Below, one piece after another: positions 1-7,339 of a stretch of DNA of 20,812 nucleotides. The notes beneath the pieces were generated by a model that was not told the origin of the DNA, did not search any database, and saw only the letters and a list, made by a program, of their open reading frames with translations. The stretch spans positions 1 to 20,812 of the forward strand of contig NZ_JAYKGW010000202.1 of NCBI RefSeq assembly GCF_035285525.1, written 5' to 3'. How positions within the stretch are numbered: the first letter of the stretch is position 1; each line of letters opens with the position of its first letter. Origin of the DNA: Okeania sp. (lineage in GTDB: Bacteria > Cyanobacteriota > Cyanobacteriia > Cyanobacteriales > Microcoleaceae). The position numbers were made by a program, and so were the translations under genes.

Positions 1-295
1 TACAGTTTTTTCTGACAAATAATTTCTTATGGCTATGTATATTTTTAGTATTGTATTCAGGGCAACTTCATAGAGGAATCCTATTACTTATGGTTCTGCG
101 TATATAATTAAATATGAATACTTAATAAATTTCTTTAGATTAATTTAATACTAAATTAGGAATTAGTATGTATAGTTAATTAATGTAAAAAATTTGATAA
201 ATACTGACAATTTATTGGTAGGATTTTACCCGGAGTTTCTAATTTAAAGTAGGAACTATCAAAAGAAAATTTATATTATGATAAAATCATAATTT

Positions 296-1378
296 ATGGT
301 AGAACATAAACGTGTTGGTATCTTGACCAGTGGAGGAGATTGTGCAGGTTTAAACCCTGCAATTCGCGCTGTAGTCTATCATGCAATAGGAACTTACGGT
401 TGGGAAGTTGTCGGAATTCGTCAAGCTACTCAAGGATTGATGGAGCGTCCACCAAAAACACTTAAACTAGAGATCGAAGGAATAGACCCCTTACTAACTT
501 CAGGTGGCACAATTTTAGGAACTACAAATAAAGGTAATCCTTTTGCCTTTCCCATGTCAGATGGTACTTTGCGCGATCGCTCTCAAGAAATTATTGACGG
601 TTATCATTTACTGGGACTTGATGCTTTAATTGGTATTGGAGGGGATGGTAGTCTTGCTATCCTGCGTAAAGTTGCTCAACAAGGAAACTTGAACTTAGTA
701 GGTATCCCCAAAACCATTGATAATGACGTTAACTGTACTGAACTATCTATTGGTTTTAATACTGCTGTCAAAATTGCCACAGAAGCATTAGACCGTTTAC
801 ATTTTACTGCTGCTAGTCATAGTCGCGTGATAATTTTAGAAGTAATGGGAAGAGATGCGGGTCATATTGCTCTGAATGCTGGGATTGCTGGTGGTGCAGA
901 TGTGATTTTAATTCCGGAAATTCCTTACAAAATAGAAAATATTTGTAACTATATCCGCAAACGTCAGGATTTAGGCAAAAATTACTCCTTGATCATTGTA
1001 GCAGAGGCAGTGCGGACTGAAGCAGGGGAAGCAGTGACACAAGATGATTTATCAGGTAAATCTCGCTTTGGGGGTATTGGGTATTATCTAGCTGAGAAAA
1101 TCTCTGATGGTAGTGGTGCAGAAGTTCGCGTTATAGTGTTGGGTCATATTCAAAGGGGTGGTGTTCCTTCCACCATCGATCGCTTAGTTGCTTCAGCTTT
1201 TGGAGTTGGCGCGATTGAGTTGATTGCTGAAGGAAAATATGACCAGATGGTAACTTGGCAAAATAGACAAGTTGTTAGTGTGCCGATTGAGGAGGCGATA
1301 GCTAAATATAGAGCAGTAGATCCTGATGATACTTTAGTTAAAACTGCGCGATGTATGGGTATTTGTTTGGGAGATTAA
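296..1378 (+). CDS. pfkA: ATP-dependent 6-phosphofructokinase
   Basis: 360-aa ORF with ATG start and TAA stop. Carries canonical PFK-A motifs: GILTSGGDCAGLNPAIRAVV at the N-terminus, IGGDGS, IPKTIDND, and MGRDAGHIAL. Confidence 0.93.
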   Translation: MVEHKRVGILTSGGDCAGLNPAIRAVVYHAIGTYGWEVVGIRQATQGLMERPPKTLKLEIEGIDPLLTSGGTILGTTNKGNPFAFPMSDGTLRDRSQEIIDGYHLLGLDALIGIGGDGSLAILRKVAQQGNLNLVGIPKTIDNDVNCTELSIGFNTAVKIATEALDRLHFTAASHSRVIILEVMGRDAGHIALNAGIAGGADVILIPEIPYKIENICNYIRKRQDLGKNYSLIIVAEAVRTEAGEAVTQDDLSGKSRFGGIGYYLAEKISDGSGAEVRVIVLGHIQRGGVPSTIDRLVASAFGVGAIELIAEGKYDQMVTWQNRQVVSVPIEEAIAKYRAVDPDDTLVKTARCMGICLGD

Positions 1379-1444
1379 TTCAAATTATATCCACTTAAAC
1401 GGCGTTGCACAATGTCAAAAATTGGGAATTTTGAATTTAATTCC

Positions 1445-1936
1445 GTAGGGGTTTGGTCTCCAAACCCTCTTCATACCCTTCCCAAAATTAAAATTAATGT
1501 ATAATCCAATCAATGTAGGGGTTTCGTCTCCAAACCCTCTTCCCATAATGTGGGGGTGTGCTCTCCAAATCTTACCCAAAATATCAAAATTAAAATAAAT
1601 GTATAATCCAATCAATGTAGGGGTTTCGTCTCCAAACCCTCTTCCCATAATGTGGTGGTTGGCTCTCCAAAATATCAAAGCCATATAATAACCCAAAATT
1701 AAAATAGATGTATAATCCAATAAATGTAGGGGTTTTGGAGACAAAACCCTCTTCATACCCTTCCCAAAATTAAAATAAATGTATAATCAAATCAATGTAG
1801 GGGTTTGGAGACAAAACCCCTACGATCAAATGCTACAACCTATTTGGGTTTGGAGACAAAACCCCTACCATAATAGATTCGGTTTGGAGACAAAACCACT
1901 ACCACAATAGATTCGGTTTGGAGACAAAACCACTAC
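1445..1936. repeat. Array of 8 REP-like GTAG-led palindromic hairpins (consensus GTAGGGGTTTGGAGACAAAACCCCTAC) with repeated AT-rich linkers
   Basis: Hairpin copies start at 1445, 1515, 1617, 1726, 1797, 1846, 1881 and 1915. The linkers are themselves repeated (units of about 70 and 102-109 bp, then 3 x 34 bp). The array ends 11 nt before the RAYT ATG. Confidence 0.85.
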
Positions 1937-1947
1937 GATCAAAAGAA

Positions 1948-2526
1948 ATGACCTCCAAAAATTATAATCCAGAAATCCATCATCGTCGTTCTATTCGTCT
2001 GAAATATTACGATTATAATCAAGCAGGAGCATACTTTGTTACTATTTGCGTGCAGGATAAAAAATGTTTGTTAGGTAAAATCAAGGAAGGTTTAAATCAG
2101 ATTAACCAGTATGGAAAAATTGTTGAGGAAATTGGGAATTATTTACCAATAAATTTTTCTAGAATAGAAATTGATGGAGCTGTTATCATGCCAAATCATT
2201 TTCATGGAATTATTGTTATTAATGAATATCAAAAATTTGGAGAAAGTTTCAAAGGATCTTGAGAAAAAGATTTCGAGAGACCGGGGAAATTTTATGATCA
2301 AAAGACTTTTTTAGGTTCGGTTATTGCTTATTTTAAGTATGAGACTACTAAGTTAATTAACTTACAAAGAAATTCTCCAGGGGTTAAGTTTTGGCAACGT
2401 AATTATTATGAGCGTATTGTTAGGAATGAGGATTCTTTGAATATTTTGCGTAATTATATTGTTGAAAATCCTCTGCGATGGGAAATGGATGTATTACATC
2501 CCGATAATTTGACGGGGGTTGGGTAG
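1948..2526 (+). pseudogene. REP-associated tyrosine transposase (RAYT; IS200/IS605-type Y1 HUH transposase) interrupted by one in-frame TGA at 2260-2262
   Basis: The track ORF 1918-2262 uses a TTG start inside the last REP; ATG 1948 is more plausible. The N-terminal part reads HHRRSIRLKYYDYNQAGAYFVTICVQDK...VIMPNHFHGIIVI (HUH motif). After the TGA the same frame stays open to TAG 2524-2526 and encodes ...FLGSVIAYFKYETTKLIN...FWQRNYYERIVRNEDSLNILRNYIVENPLRWEMD, the catalytic-Tyr region typical of this family. Joined length is 191 aa. Confidence 0.8.
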
Positions 2527-2550
2527 GAGGGTTTGGAGACCAAACTCCTT
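2526..2550. repeat. REP-like hairpin copy immediately 3' of the RAYT gene
   Basis: GGAGGGTTTGGAGACCAAACTCCTT has the same GGTTTGGAGAC core as the upstream array. It overlaps the last base of the RAYT stop codon. Confidence 0.6.
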
Positions 2551-2602
2551 CGACTACTCCCAAGAAAGCGATCACATTAGTTATTTAATAGCTGATCTCT
2601 GG

Positions 2603-2630
2603 GTAGGGACGTTGCATACAACATCCCTAC
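2603..2630. repeat. Second hairpin family, GTAGGGAC...(G/A)TCCCTAC
   Basis: GTAGGGACGTTGCATACAACATCCCTAC is an imperfect palindrome. It lies 12 nt 3' of the cobK stop, between the convergent RAYT and cobK genes. A related copy is at 4033-4060. Confidence 0.6.
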
Positions 2631-2641
2631 AAGATTATAAT

Positions 2642-3409
2642 TTAAGAATTAATCATTAGCTTGATCATTTTTTTTATCCAAGCAACTGCACTCTCCACAT
2701 CACTTACTTGTTCTCCTTCAGGAAGAGGTGGACGTTGAATCATCACCACTGGCATACCTAACTCCCGTGCAGCAACAATCTTAGCATAGGTAGCATCACC
2801 ACCACTATTTTTACTCACGATCGCCTCAATCTCATACTTTTGCAAAAGCGATCGCTCTTCCTCAAAATAAAAAGGTCCGCGTTCAGTCAAGATTTTTCCC
2901 GGAGGTACTAAACTATCTGGTGGAAATAAATCGATGATTCGGATTAAAAACCAGAGATGTTTGAGATGAGCATAACTTGCTAACTCTTGGCGACCAATAC
3001 TCAAAAATATTCGTGAACCTAAATTTGCCAAAACTTTAACCGCAACTTCATTATTTTCTGCTTCTATCCAGCGATCGCCCTCAACTTTTTTCCAAGGAGG
3101 ACGAACTAACATTAAACGAGGGATCTTTAGTTCTGAAGAAGCGATCGCTGCATTCCCAGAAATTTGACTTGCAAAAGGATGAGTTGCATCAATTAACAAA
3201 TCTATTTCCTGTTCTCGTAGATAATTTATCAATCCAGACACACCACCAAAACCGCCAATGCGTCTAGGAGTAGATCCGATTGCAGGTTGCCGAGTCCGAC
3301 CTGCAAGAGAATTTATTATCTCTAATTCTGGTATAGTAGAAATTAAAGCTATTAATTTTGAGCTATGCCCAGTACCACCAAGAACCAACACTCGTTTGTC
3401 TCTTGCCAT
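2642..3409 (-). CDS. cobK: Precorrin-6A / cobalt-precorrin-6A reductase
   Basis: The track ORF (to 3532) is trimmed to the ATG at 3409, giving MARDKRVLVLGGTG. Family pattern: VLVLGGTG..., GGFGGVSGLINYL, IDLLIDATHPFASQIS, ERGPF, IVSKNSGGDATYAKIVAARELGMPVVMIQRP. The upstream 41 codons run into a MITE. Confidence 0.85.
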   Translation of the reverse strand: MARDKRVLVLGGTGHSSKLIALISTIPELEIINSLAGRTRQPAIGSTPRRIGGFGGVSGLINYLREQEIDLLIDATHPFASQISGNAAIASSELKIPRLMLVRPPWKKVEGDRWIEAENNEVAVKVLANLGSRIFLSIGRQELASYAHLKHLWFLIRIIDLFPPDSLVPPGKILTERGPFYFEEERSLLQKYEIEAIVSKNSGGDATYAKIVAARELGMPVVMIQRPPLPEGEQVSDVESAVAWIKKMIKLMINS

Positions 3410-3443
3410 AGTTACGGAATAATGAATAATTAATAACTTAATA

Positions 3444-3601
3444 CAGGACTTACGCACGCGCAACGTATTTCTGTCATGGCGGGACTCCCAGCGCCAACAA
3501 AACGCAAGCGACAGCGTTTCGCTCCGGGACATGAATGCGGAGTATTCCGGACCGAAAGCAATCTCAAATGACCCAAACTCGTTCCGGATGCGTAAGTCCT
3601 G
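3444..3601. mobile_element. MITE-like element with 13-nt terminal inverted repeats CAGGACTTACGCA / TGCGTAAGTCCTG and a GC-rich interior
   Basis: TIRs lie at 3444-3456 and 3589-3601. The interior is visibly more GC-rich than its flanks. It sits 35 nt upstream of the cobK start. The 64-aa track ORF 3430-3624 lies inside it and is discounted. Confidence 0.6.
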
Positions 3602-3610
3602 TAATTATTA

Positions 3611-3700
3611 TAGGACTTACGCATGAACGCTATTATTAGGGTGCGTTACACTGACGTTAACGCACCGATCACTATATATAGTCCCTTTGCGTAAGTCCTA
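3611..3700. mobile_element. Second, shorter MITE of the same GGACTTACGCA-TIR family
   Basis: Bounded by TAGGACTTACGCA (3611-3623) and TGCGTAAGTCCTA (3688-3700). Contains an internal hairpin, GGTGCGTTA...TAACGCACC. Confidence 0.6.
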
Positions 3701-3813
3701 AATTAATAATTAGTAATTAATAATTAAATAATTCAAGTTTAAAGCCTCCTCTTTCAAGGGGAAAGAAATTTATTTTTTTCCTTTTAGTCAATGGTCTTCC
3801 TTTTAGGGAAAGG
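3701..3813. mobile_element. MITE family C: (TAATTAT)n-like AT repeat followed by GCCTCCTCTTTCAAGG...CCTTTTAGGGAAAGG
   Basis: Near-identical to the reverse complement of 10555-10674. It has an internal inverted repeat, CCTCTTTCAAGGGGAAAG / CTTCCTTTTAGGGAAAGG. Confidence 0.65.
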
Positions 3814-3885
3814 TTATTGAAATTTATACAATATAATTTTGCATAAACACTTATACTGGAGAAACTTTAAACTTTTGGGGATTAA

Positions 3886-4028
3886 TTAGGACTTGGTGAT
3901 TAAATATAAAAGTATTCATATTTTGGAGCTGCTCAGTTTTTGAATCTGAGCATTTTAGGCTAACTACAAGAGAAAAATTAAGGAAGTAGTTGCCAAAATA
4001 CTTCCTCTGTAATTCCCCTAAATCCTAA
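3886..4028. mobile_element. Short member of the TTAGG...CCTAA MITE superfamily
   Basis: The left end, TTAGGACTTGGTGATTAAATATAAAAGT, closely matches the left ends at 11082 and 14424. The right end is ...CCCCTAAATCCTAA and is ambiguous (4021 or 4028). Confidence 0.45.
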
Positions 4029-4032
4029 ATCT

Positions 4033-4060
4033 GTAGGGACATTACACGCAACGTCCCTAC
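4033..4060. repeat. Hairpin of the GTAGGGAC...GTCCCTAC family
   Basis: GTAGGGACATTACACGCAACGTCCCTAC, located 52 nt 3' of the 94-aa minus-strand ORF. Confidence 0.6.
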
Positions 4061-4111
4061 TCTCTACCTTAAGAAAAAGACTTTTTATAAACAAACCCTA
4101 ATCATCAATTA

Positions 4112-4396
4112 TTAATTGTTAATTATCATCCATTGACCAAATATTTCTTCATAATAAAGCAAAATTCGATCTACTTTTTGACGAATAGCATCTTCAGCAT
4201 CTTCAGCATACTCTAACCATAATCCTCCTACTTGGCTTTTGTTGTAATCAAATGTCTCAGAGGAAGGAGGAGGAAATAAACCCACTTGTACTTTATCTAC
4301 TTGGCGTAAATGAGCTGCTACTTCTCGATAGACTGCCAGTGGTAGTCCCTGACAGCTTAATTCAAAACGTTGTTGTTTATGTTTCCGAGTCTCCAT
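4112..4396 (-). CDS. Hypothetical protein, 94 aa
   Basis: Clean ORF with ATG start and TAA stop, 66 nt downstream of the LuxR-type gene on the same strand. I recognise no motif. Confidence 0.55.
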   Translation of the reverse strand: METRKHKQQRFELSCQGLPLAVYREVAAHLRQVDKVQVGLFPPPSSETFDYNKSQVGGLWLEYAEDAEDAIRQKVDRILLYYEEIFGQWMIINN

Positions 4397-4462
4397 TCTT
4401 AAATATTTACTAAAAAATAAAGGTATAAAGTCTCACAGAAATTATCAATTTTTTGTCACTCT

Positions 4463-4717
4463 TTAGGGTTTTACAGTACAACAATTGATATCATCTAAAC
4501 ATACTTTGCCCCACTGCAAACCCCATCGAACTAACTCTACTCGATTATGAGTTGAAGTTTTACCGAGAATATTACTAACATGGTTATCTACAGTTCGTTT
4601 GCTAATTTCTAGCTTCTCAGCAATTTTTTCATTGGTCAACCCGTCTGCTACTAGCTCCAGAACTTGCAACTCTCTTTCAGAAAGGGATATATGGGTTTGA
4701 GATTCACAACTATTCAT
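4463..4717 (-). CDS. Small LuxR/GerE-family helix-turn-helix transcriptional regulator (stand-alone HTH, no receiver domain)
   Basis: 84 aa. LSERELQVLELVADGLTNEKIAEKLEISKRTVDNHVSNILGKT is a typical LuxR-type HTH signature. Confidence 0.8.
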   Translation of the reverse strand: MNSCESQTHISLSERELQVLELVADGLTNEKIAEKLEISKRTVDNHVSNILGKTSTHNRVELVRWGLQWGKVCLDDINCCTVKP

Positions 4718-4774
4718 AACTTTTTCCTATATGTGTATATTTGCCTAATTATCATTTTAGAGATATCTTGACCA

Positions 4775-4788
4775 CATTAACGTTAATG
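4775..4788. promoter_or_regulatory. Perfect 14-bp palindrome CATTAACGTTAATG in the divergent luxR-like / fructokinase intergenic region (candidate operator)
   Basis: The perfect dyad is seen directly. It lies 58 nt upstream of the LuxR-type start and 167 nt upstream of the fructokinase start. There is no functional evidence. Confidence 0.3.
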
Positions 4789-4954
4789 ACAATCTATATA
4801 AGAGGTAAAAATATAGGAAAGCGTCCAAAAAGTGGAATAAATTTCTTTTTATGATTAATATCTAAAGAAATTTTTGATTTTAGTAATCATCAAAATCTTT
4901 AATGATTTTATACTTTTGATTACCAATTTATAATTCTCAGATACTTAAACCAAT

Positions 4955-5944
4955 ATGACCCATCCCTATGCTATTTGTCTTGGTGAAATTTTATTTGATT
5001 GTCTAGCGGACCAACCTGACAAAGCTTTAAATCAAGTTGACTCTTGGGCAACCTACCCTGGTGGCGCACCTGCTAATGTTGCCTGTGGTTTAGTTAAACT
5101 GGGTACTCCTGCTGCCTTAATTAGTTCTGTGGGTAAAGATACAGAAGGTGAAAAACTGGTACAACTTTTACAGGAAATAGGGGTAGATACTTCAGGTATC
5201 CAGGGACATCCTTATGCACCAACCAGAAAGGTCTATGTCCTACGTTCTAGTAGTGGAGACCGTGAATTTGCTGGTTTTGGAGAATATCCCACCACAGAGT
5301 TTGCTGATACTCACATCAAACCTGAACTCCTGCCAGAATCTCTATTTTTGAATAGTGAATTTTTAGTCCTCGGAACTCTAGGACTGGCCTATCCCGAAAC
5401 TAGACAAGCTATTTATCAAGCTCTTGATTTAGCTGACCAATATCATCTGAAGATTATGGTCGATGTTAATTGGCGTCCCTCCTTTTGGCCTAATCCTGGT
5501 GAGGCCAGAGCCTTGATACATTCTTTACTACAAAGAGTAGATTTTGTCAAGCTTTCTGAAGAAGAAGCTGAGTGGCTATTTGATTCTAGGGATCCTGGTA
5601 CAATTACTTACAGATTAGATTCAGTAGAAGGTACATTAGTAACCTTAGGTAACGAAGGGTGTGCTTATTACTTGTCAGATAATGAAGGAAAAGTACCTGC
5701 TTTTTCAGTGGATGTTGTAGACACTACTGGTGCAGGAGATGGGTTTGTGACAGGTTTTATACATCAATTACGCCAATATGGTATTCGCCGTTTACAGCAA
5801 CCAGGGGTAGCAAAACAAATTGTTACTTATGCTTGTGCAGTGGGGGCGTTAACTACTACTCAATCAGGAGCAATGACAGCTCAACCTACTGCTGATGAAG
5901 TAGAAGCTTTTTTAAGTAGCTATTTACATCAGTCAAATGAATAA
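4955..5944 (+). CDS. PfkB-family carbohydrate kinase, probable fructokinase
   Basis: 329 aa. N-terminal CLGEILFD...PGGAPANVA and C-terminal DTTGAGDGFVTGF are the PfkB signatures. Overall it resembles cyanobacterial fructokinases. Confidence 0.8.
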   Translation: MTHPYAICLGEILFDCLADQPDKALNQVDSWATYPGGAPANVACGLVKLGTPAALISSVGKDTEGEKLVQLLQEIGVDTSGIQGHPYAPTRKVYVLRSSSGDREFAGFGEYPTTEFADTHIKPELLPESLFLNSEFLVLGTLGLAYPETRQAIYQALDLADQYHLKIMVDVNWRPSFWPNPGEARALIHSLLQRVDFVKLSEEEAEWLFDSRDPGTITYRLDSVEGTLVTLGNEGCAYYLSDNEGKVPAFSVDVVDTTGAGDGFVTGFIHQLRQYGIRRLQQPGVAKQIVTYACAVGALTTTQSGAMTAQPTADEVEAFLSSYLHQSNE

Positions 5945-5947
5945 TTA

Positions 5948-6219
5948 ATAGGGTTCTGAAAAAGTATTTTTAAGGATATAGGGAGATGGGGATATAGGGA
6001 GATGGGGAGATGGGGAGATGGGGAGATGGGGAGATGGGGAGATGGGGAGATGGGGAGATGGGGAGTAATTTTGCTGCCCAACTCTTCGCCAAAATACACT
6101 CCTTTTTAAACCAGGGCTACCCAAAAAGTAGCACTTTTACGGTTCCCGAGAAATCAGAACCTAAAAAGACATTTACCTTTTATATGTCAAATTTTTCATA
6201 CTTTTTCAGCAATCCCTAA
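5948..6219. mobile_element. MITE of the TTAGG...CCTAA superfamily (ends TAGGGTTCTGAAAAAGTA / TACTTTTTCAGCAATCCCTAA) carrying an expanded octamer array
   Basis: Its reverse complement aligns along its length with 14424-14615, sharing the core GGTTCCCGAGAAATCAGAACCTAAA / GTAAAAGTGC. The 69-aa track ORF 6010-6219 lies inside it and is discounted. Confidence 0.7.
5974..6064. repeat. Octanucleotide tandem repeat (GATGGGGA)n
   Basis: 8 perfect units at 6001-6064, preceded by degenerate units at 5974-6000. Confidence 0.95.
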
Positions 6220-6398
6220 ATACGCAATGTGCAACTTTCTAGTGAATGATCAGCATTTCTGAGTCTTGAGCAGAAAGTCTAGTTCCTAAAACTTCCTAAA
6301 CTCATCAGTTGGAAAAAGTTGCACAGGACGTTAATAAATGATGCTTATATAAGAATTTAGTTAGGCTAAAATACTCTCTGAACTCTTTAGTTAATAAA

Positions 6399-6615
6399 TA
6401 AGCATTCAGCTATTACCATTCAGCTAGCTTCCTGCGGAAGAACTGCGTTAACAGCTTTTTAAAGAATCAAGCAAAGACCAAGGTTACCTAACAGAAATGT
6501 TTCATTGATATTTCACTCCTTGACTACTAATTGTTTCTTCCAAGATAATGAGTTCATAAACTCATAGCTGATAGTTGACGGCTGAATGGGAGCACATTCC
6601 GCAGGAAATGCTTAC
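6399..6615. mobile_element. MITE of the (G)TAAGCATTCAGC-TIR family inserted in the 5' region of the first DUF937 gene
   Basis: Ends are TAAGCATTCAGC...CTTCCTGCGGAA and TTCCGCAGGAAATGCTTAC. TTAATAA occurs on both flanks (6391-6397 and 6617-6623), as expected for a target-site duplication. The paralogous upstream region at 7284-7320 lacks the insert. Confidence 0.65.
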
Positions 6616-6657
6616 ATTAATAAGTGACAAAAATTAAGTTAATTGGAATTAAAAATT

Positions 6658-7182
6658 ATGGGACTTTTTGATCAAATTATTGGTGCTATTAATAATCCTA
6701 ATCAAGAAGCTAGTAGTAGTCAATTGAGCAATATTCTTGGTACTGTGGAGCAACTAAGTGGTGGTCTAGGAGGAAATACTGGCGCAACTCAAGTTGCTAT
6801 GTCAATTTTAGGTGGTCAGGTACGTTCAGCTTTGCAACAAAAACGAGAAGAGTCAGGTAGTACAGGAGTTCAAGAAATTATTAATCAATTTGCAGGCACG
6901 ACTCCTAACCCCCAAGCAGTTGCTGCTATATTTTCTTCTAGTCAAGTCACTAATATTGTTAAAAGTATATCTGAAAAAACAGGTTTTGATGCGTCACAAA
7001 TTCAGAAATTATTACCTACTCTTATTCCAGTAATTCTCAATTTATTAAAGACTGGCAATGACACTCAAAACCCTAAGCAAGCATCTAATAATGTTTTAAA
7101 TAGTTTTTTGGATGCTGATGGAGATGGAGATGTTGATATAGCTGATGCAATCAGAATGGCAGGTGGTTTTCTAGGTGGTTAA
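6658..7182 (+). CDS. DUF937-family protein (paralogue 1)
   Basis: The track ORF starts at TTG 6643; ATG 6658 gives MGLFDQIIGAI. It reads like cyanobacterial DUF937 proteins: MGLFD start, NQFAGT, LLPTLIPVILNLLKTG, and a C-terminal DADGDGDVDIAD calcium-loop-like motif. Confidence 0.6.
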   Translation: MGLFDQIIGAINNPNQEASSSQLSNILGTVEQLSGGLGGNTGATQVAMSILGGQVRSALQQKREESGSTGVQEIINQFAGTTPNPQAVAAIFSSSQVTNIVKSISEKTGFDASQIQKLLPTLIPVILNLLKTGNDTQNPKQASNNVLNSFLDADGDGDVDIADAIRMAGGFLGG

Positions 7183-7200
7183 ATAAAAGTCTTTAGGTAG

Positions 7201-7240
7201 GTGATTTTAAGTTTTATGTAGATCAAAAATCACTTATTTT
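7201..7240 (+). terminator. Weak candidate intrinsic terminator after DUF937 paralogue 1
   Basis: GTGATTTT (7201-7208) pairs with AAAATCAC (7226-7233) and is followed by TTATTTT. The stem is AT-rich and the loop long, so support is weak. Confidence 0.25.
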
Positions 7241-7339
7241 ACCTATGTTTACATTAAAAGATATTAGAGTTCATTGAGTCTCAAATACTCTCTGGACTTT
7301 TTGTTAAAAACTAATAAAAGTTAATTGGAATTAAAAATT

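Noticed and set aside
1415-1756. 113-aa minus-strand ORF from the track
   Set aside because: It lies wholly within the REP-hairpin array. Its internally repetitive peptide (…HIMGRGFGDETPTLIGLYI… twice) just mirrors the DNA repeats.
1445-1936. Possible CRISPR array (regularly spaced repeats of about 27 nt)
   Set aside because: The 'spacers' are themselves repeated (two pairs of near-identical linkers, then a strict 34-bp tandem). The repeats are GTAG-led palindromes that also occur dispersed elsewhere. There are no cas genes, and a RAYT gene abuts the array. A REP array explains all of this better.
3430-3624. 64-aa minus-strand ORF, and the N-terminal extension of the cobK ORF up to 3532
   Set aside because: Both read through the TIR-bounded MITE at 3444-3601. 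The cobK family alignment begins at MARDKRVLVLGGTG (ATG 3409).
3410-3700. Cobalamin riboswitch upstream of cobK
   Set aside because: On the minus strand only a weak B12-box-like string (GGGAGTCCCGCC versus the consensus ..GGAGACCTGCC) and a GGTCCGGAATACTCC string are present. The conserved GCCACTG, AGGGAA and GGGAAG elements are absent, and the segment is bounded by MITE-type terminal inverted repeats. A covariance-model search (RF00174) would settle the question.
6010-6219. 69-aa ORF (MGRWGDGEMGRWGDGE…)
   Set aside because: It is a translation of the GATGGGGA octamer array and the MITE interior, so it is not a gene.
6812-7033. 73-aa ORF nested in DUF937 paralogue 1
   Set aside because: It is an alternative frame inside a better-supported gene, gives a low-complexity Leu/Lys-rich product, and has no counterpart in paralogue 2.
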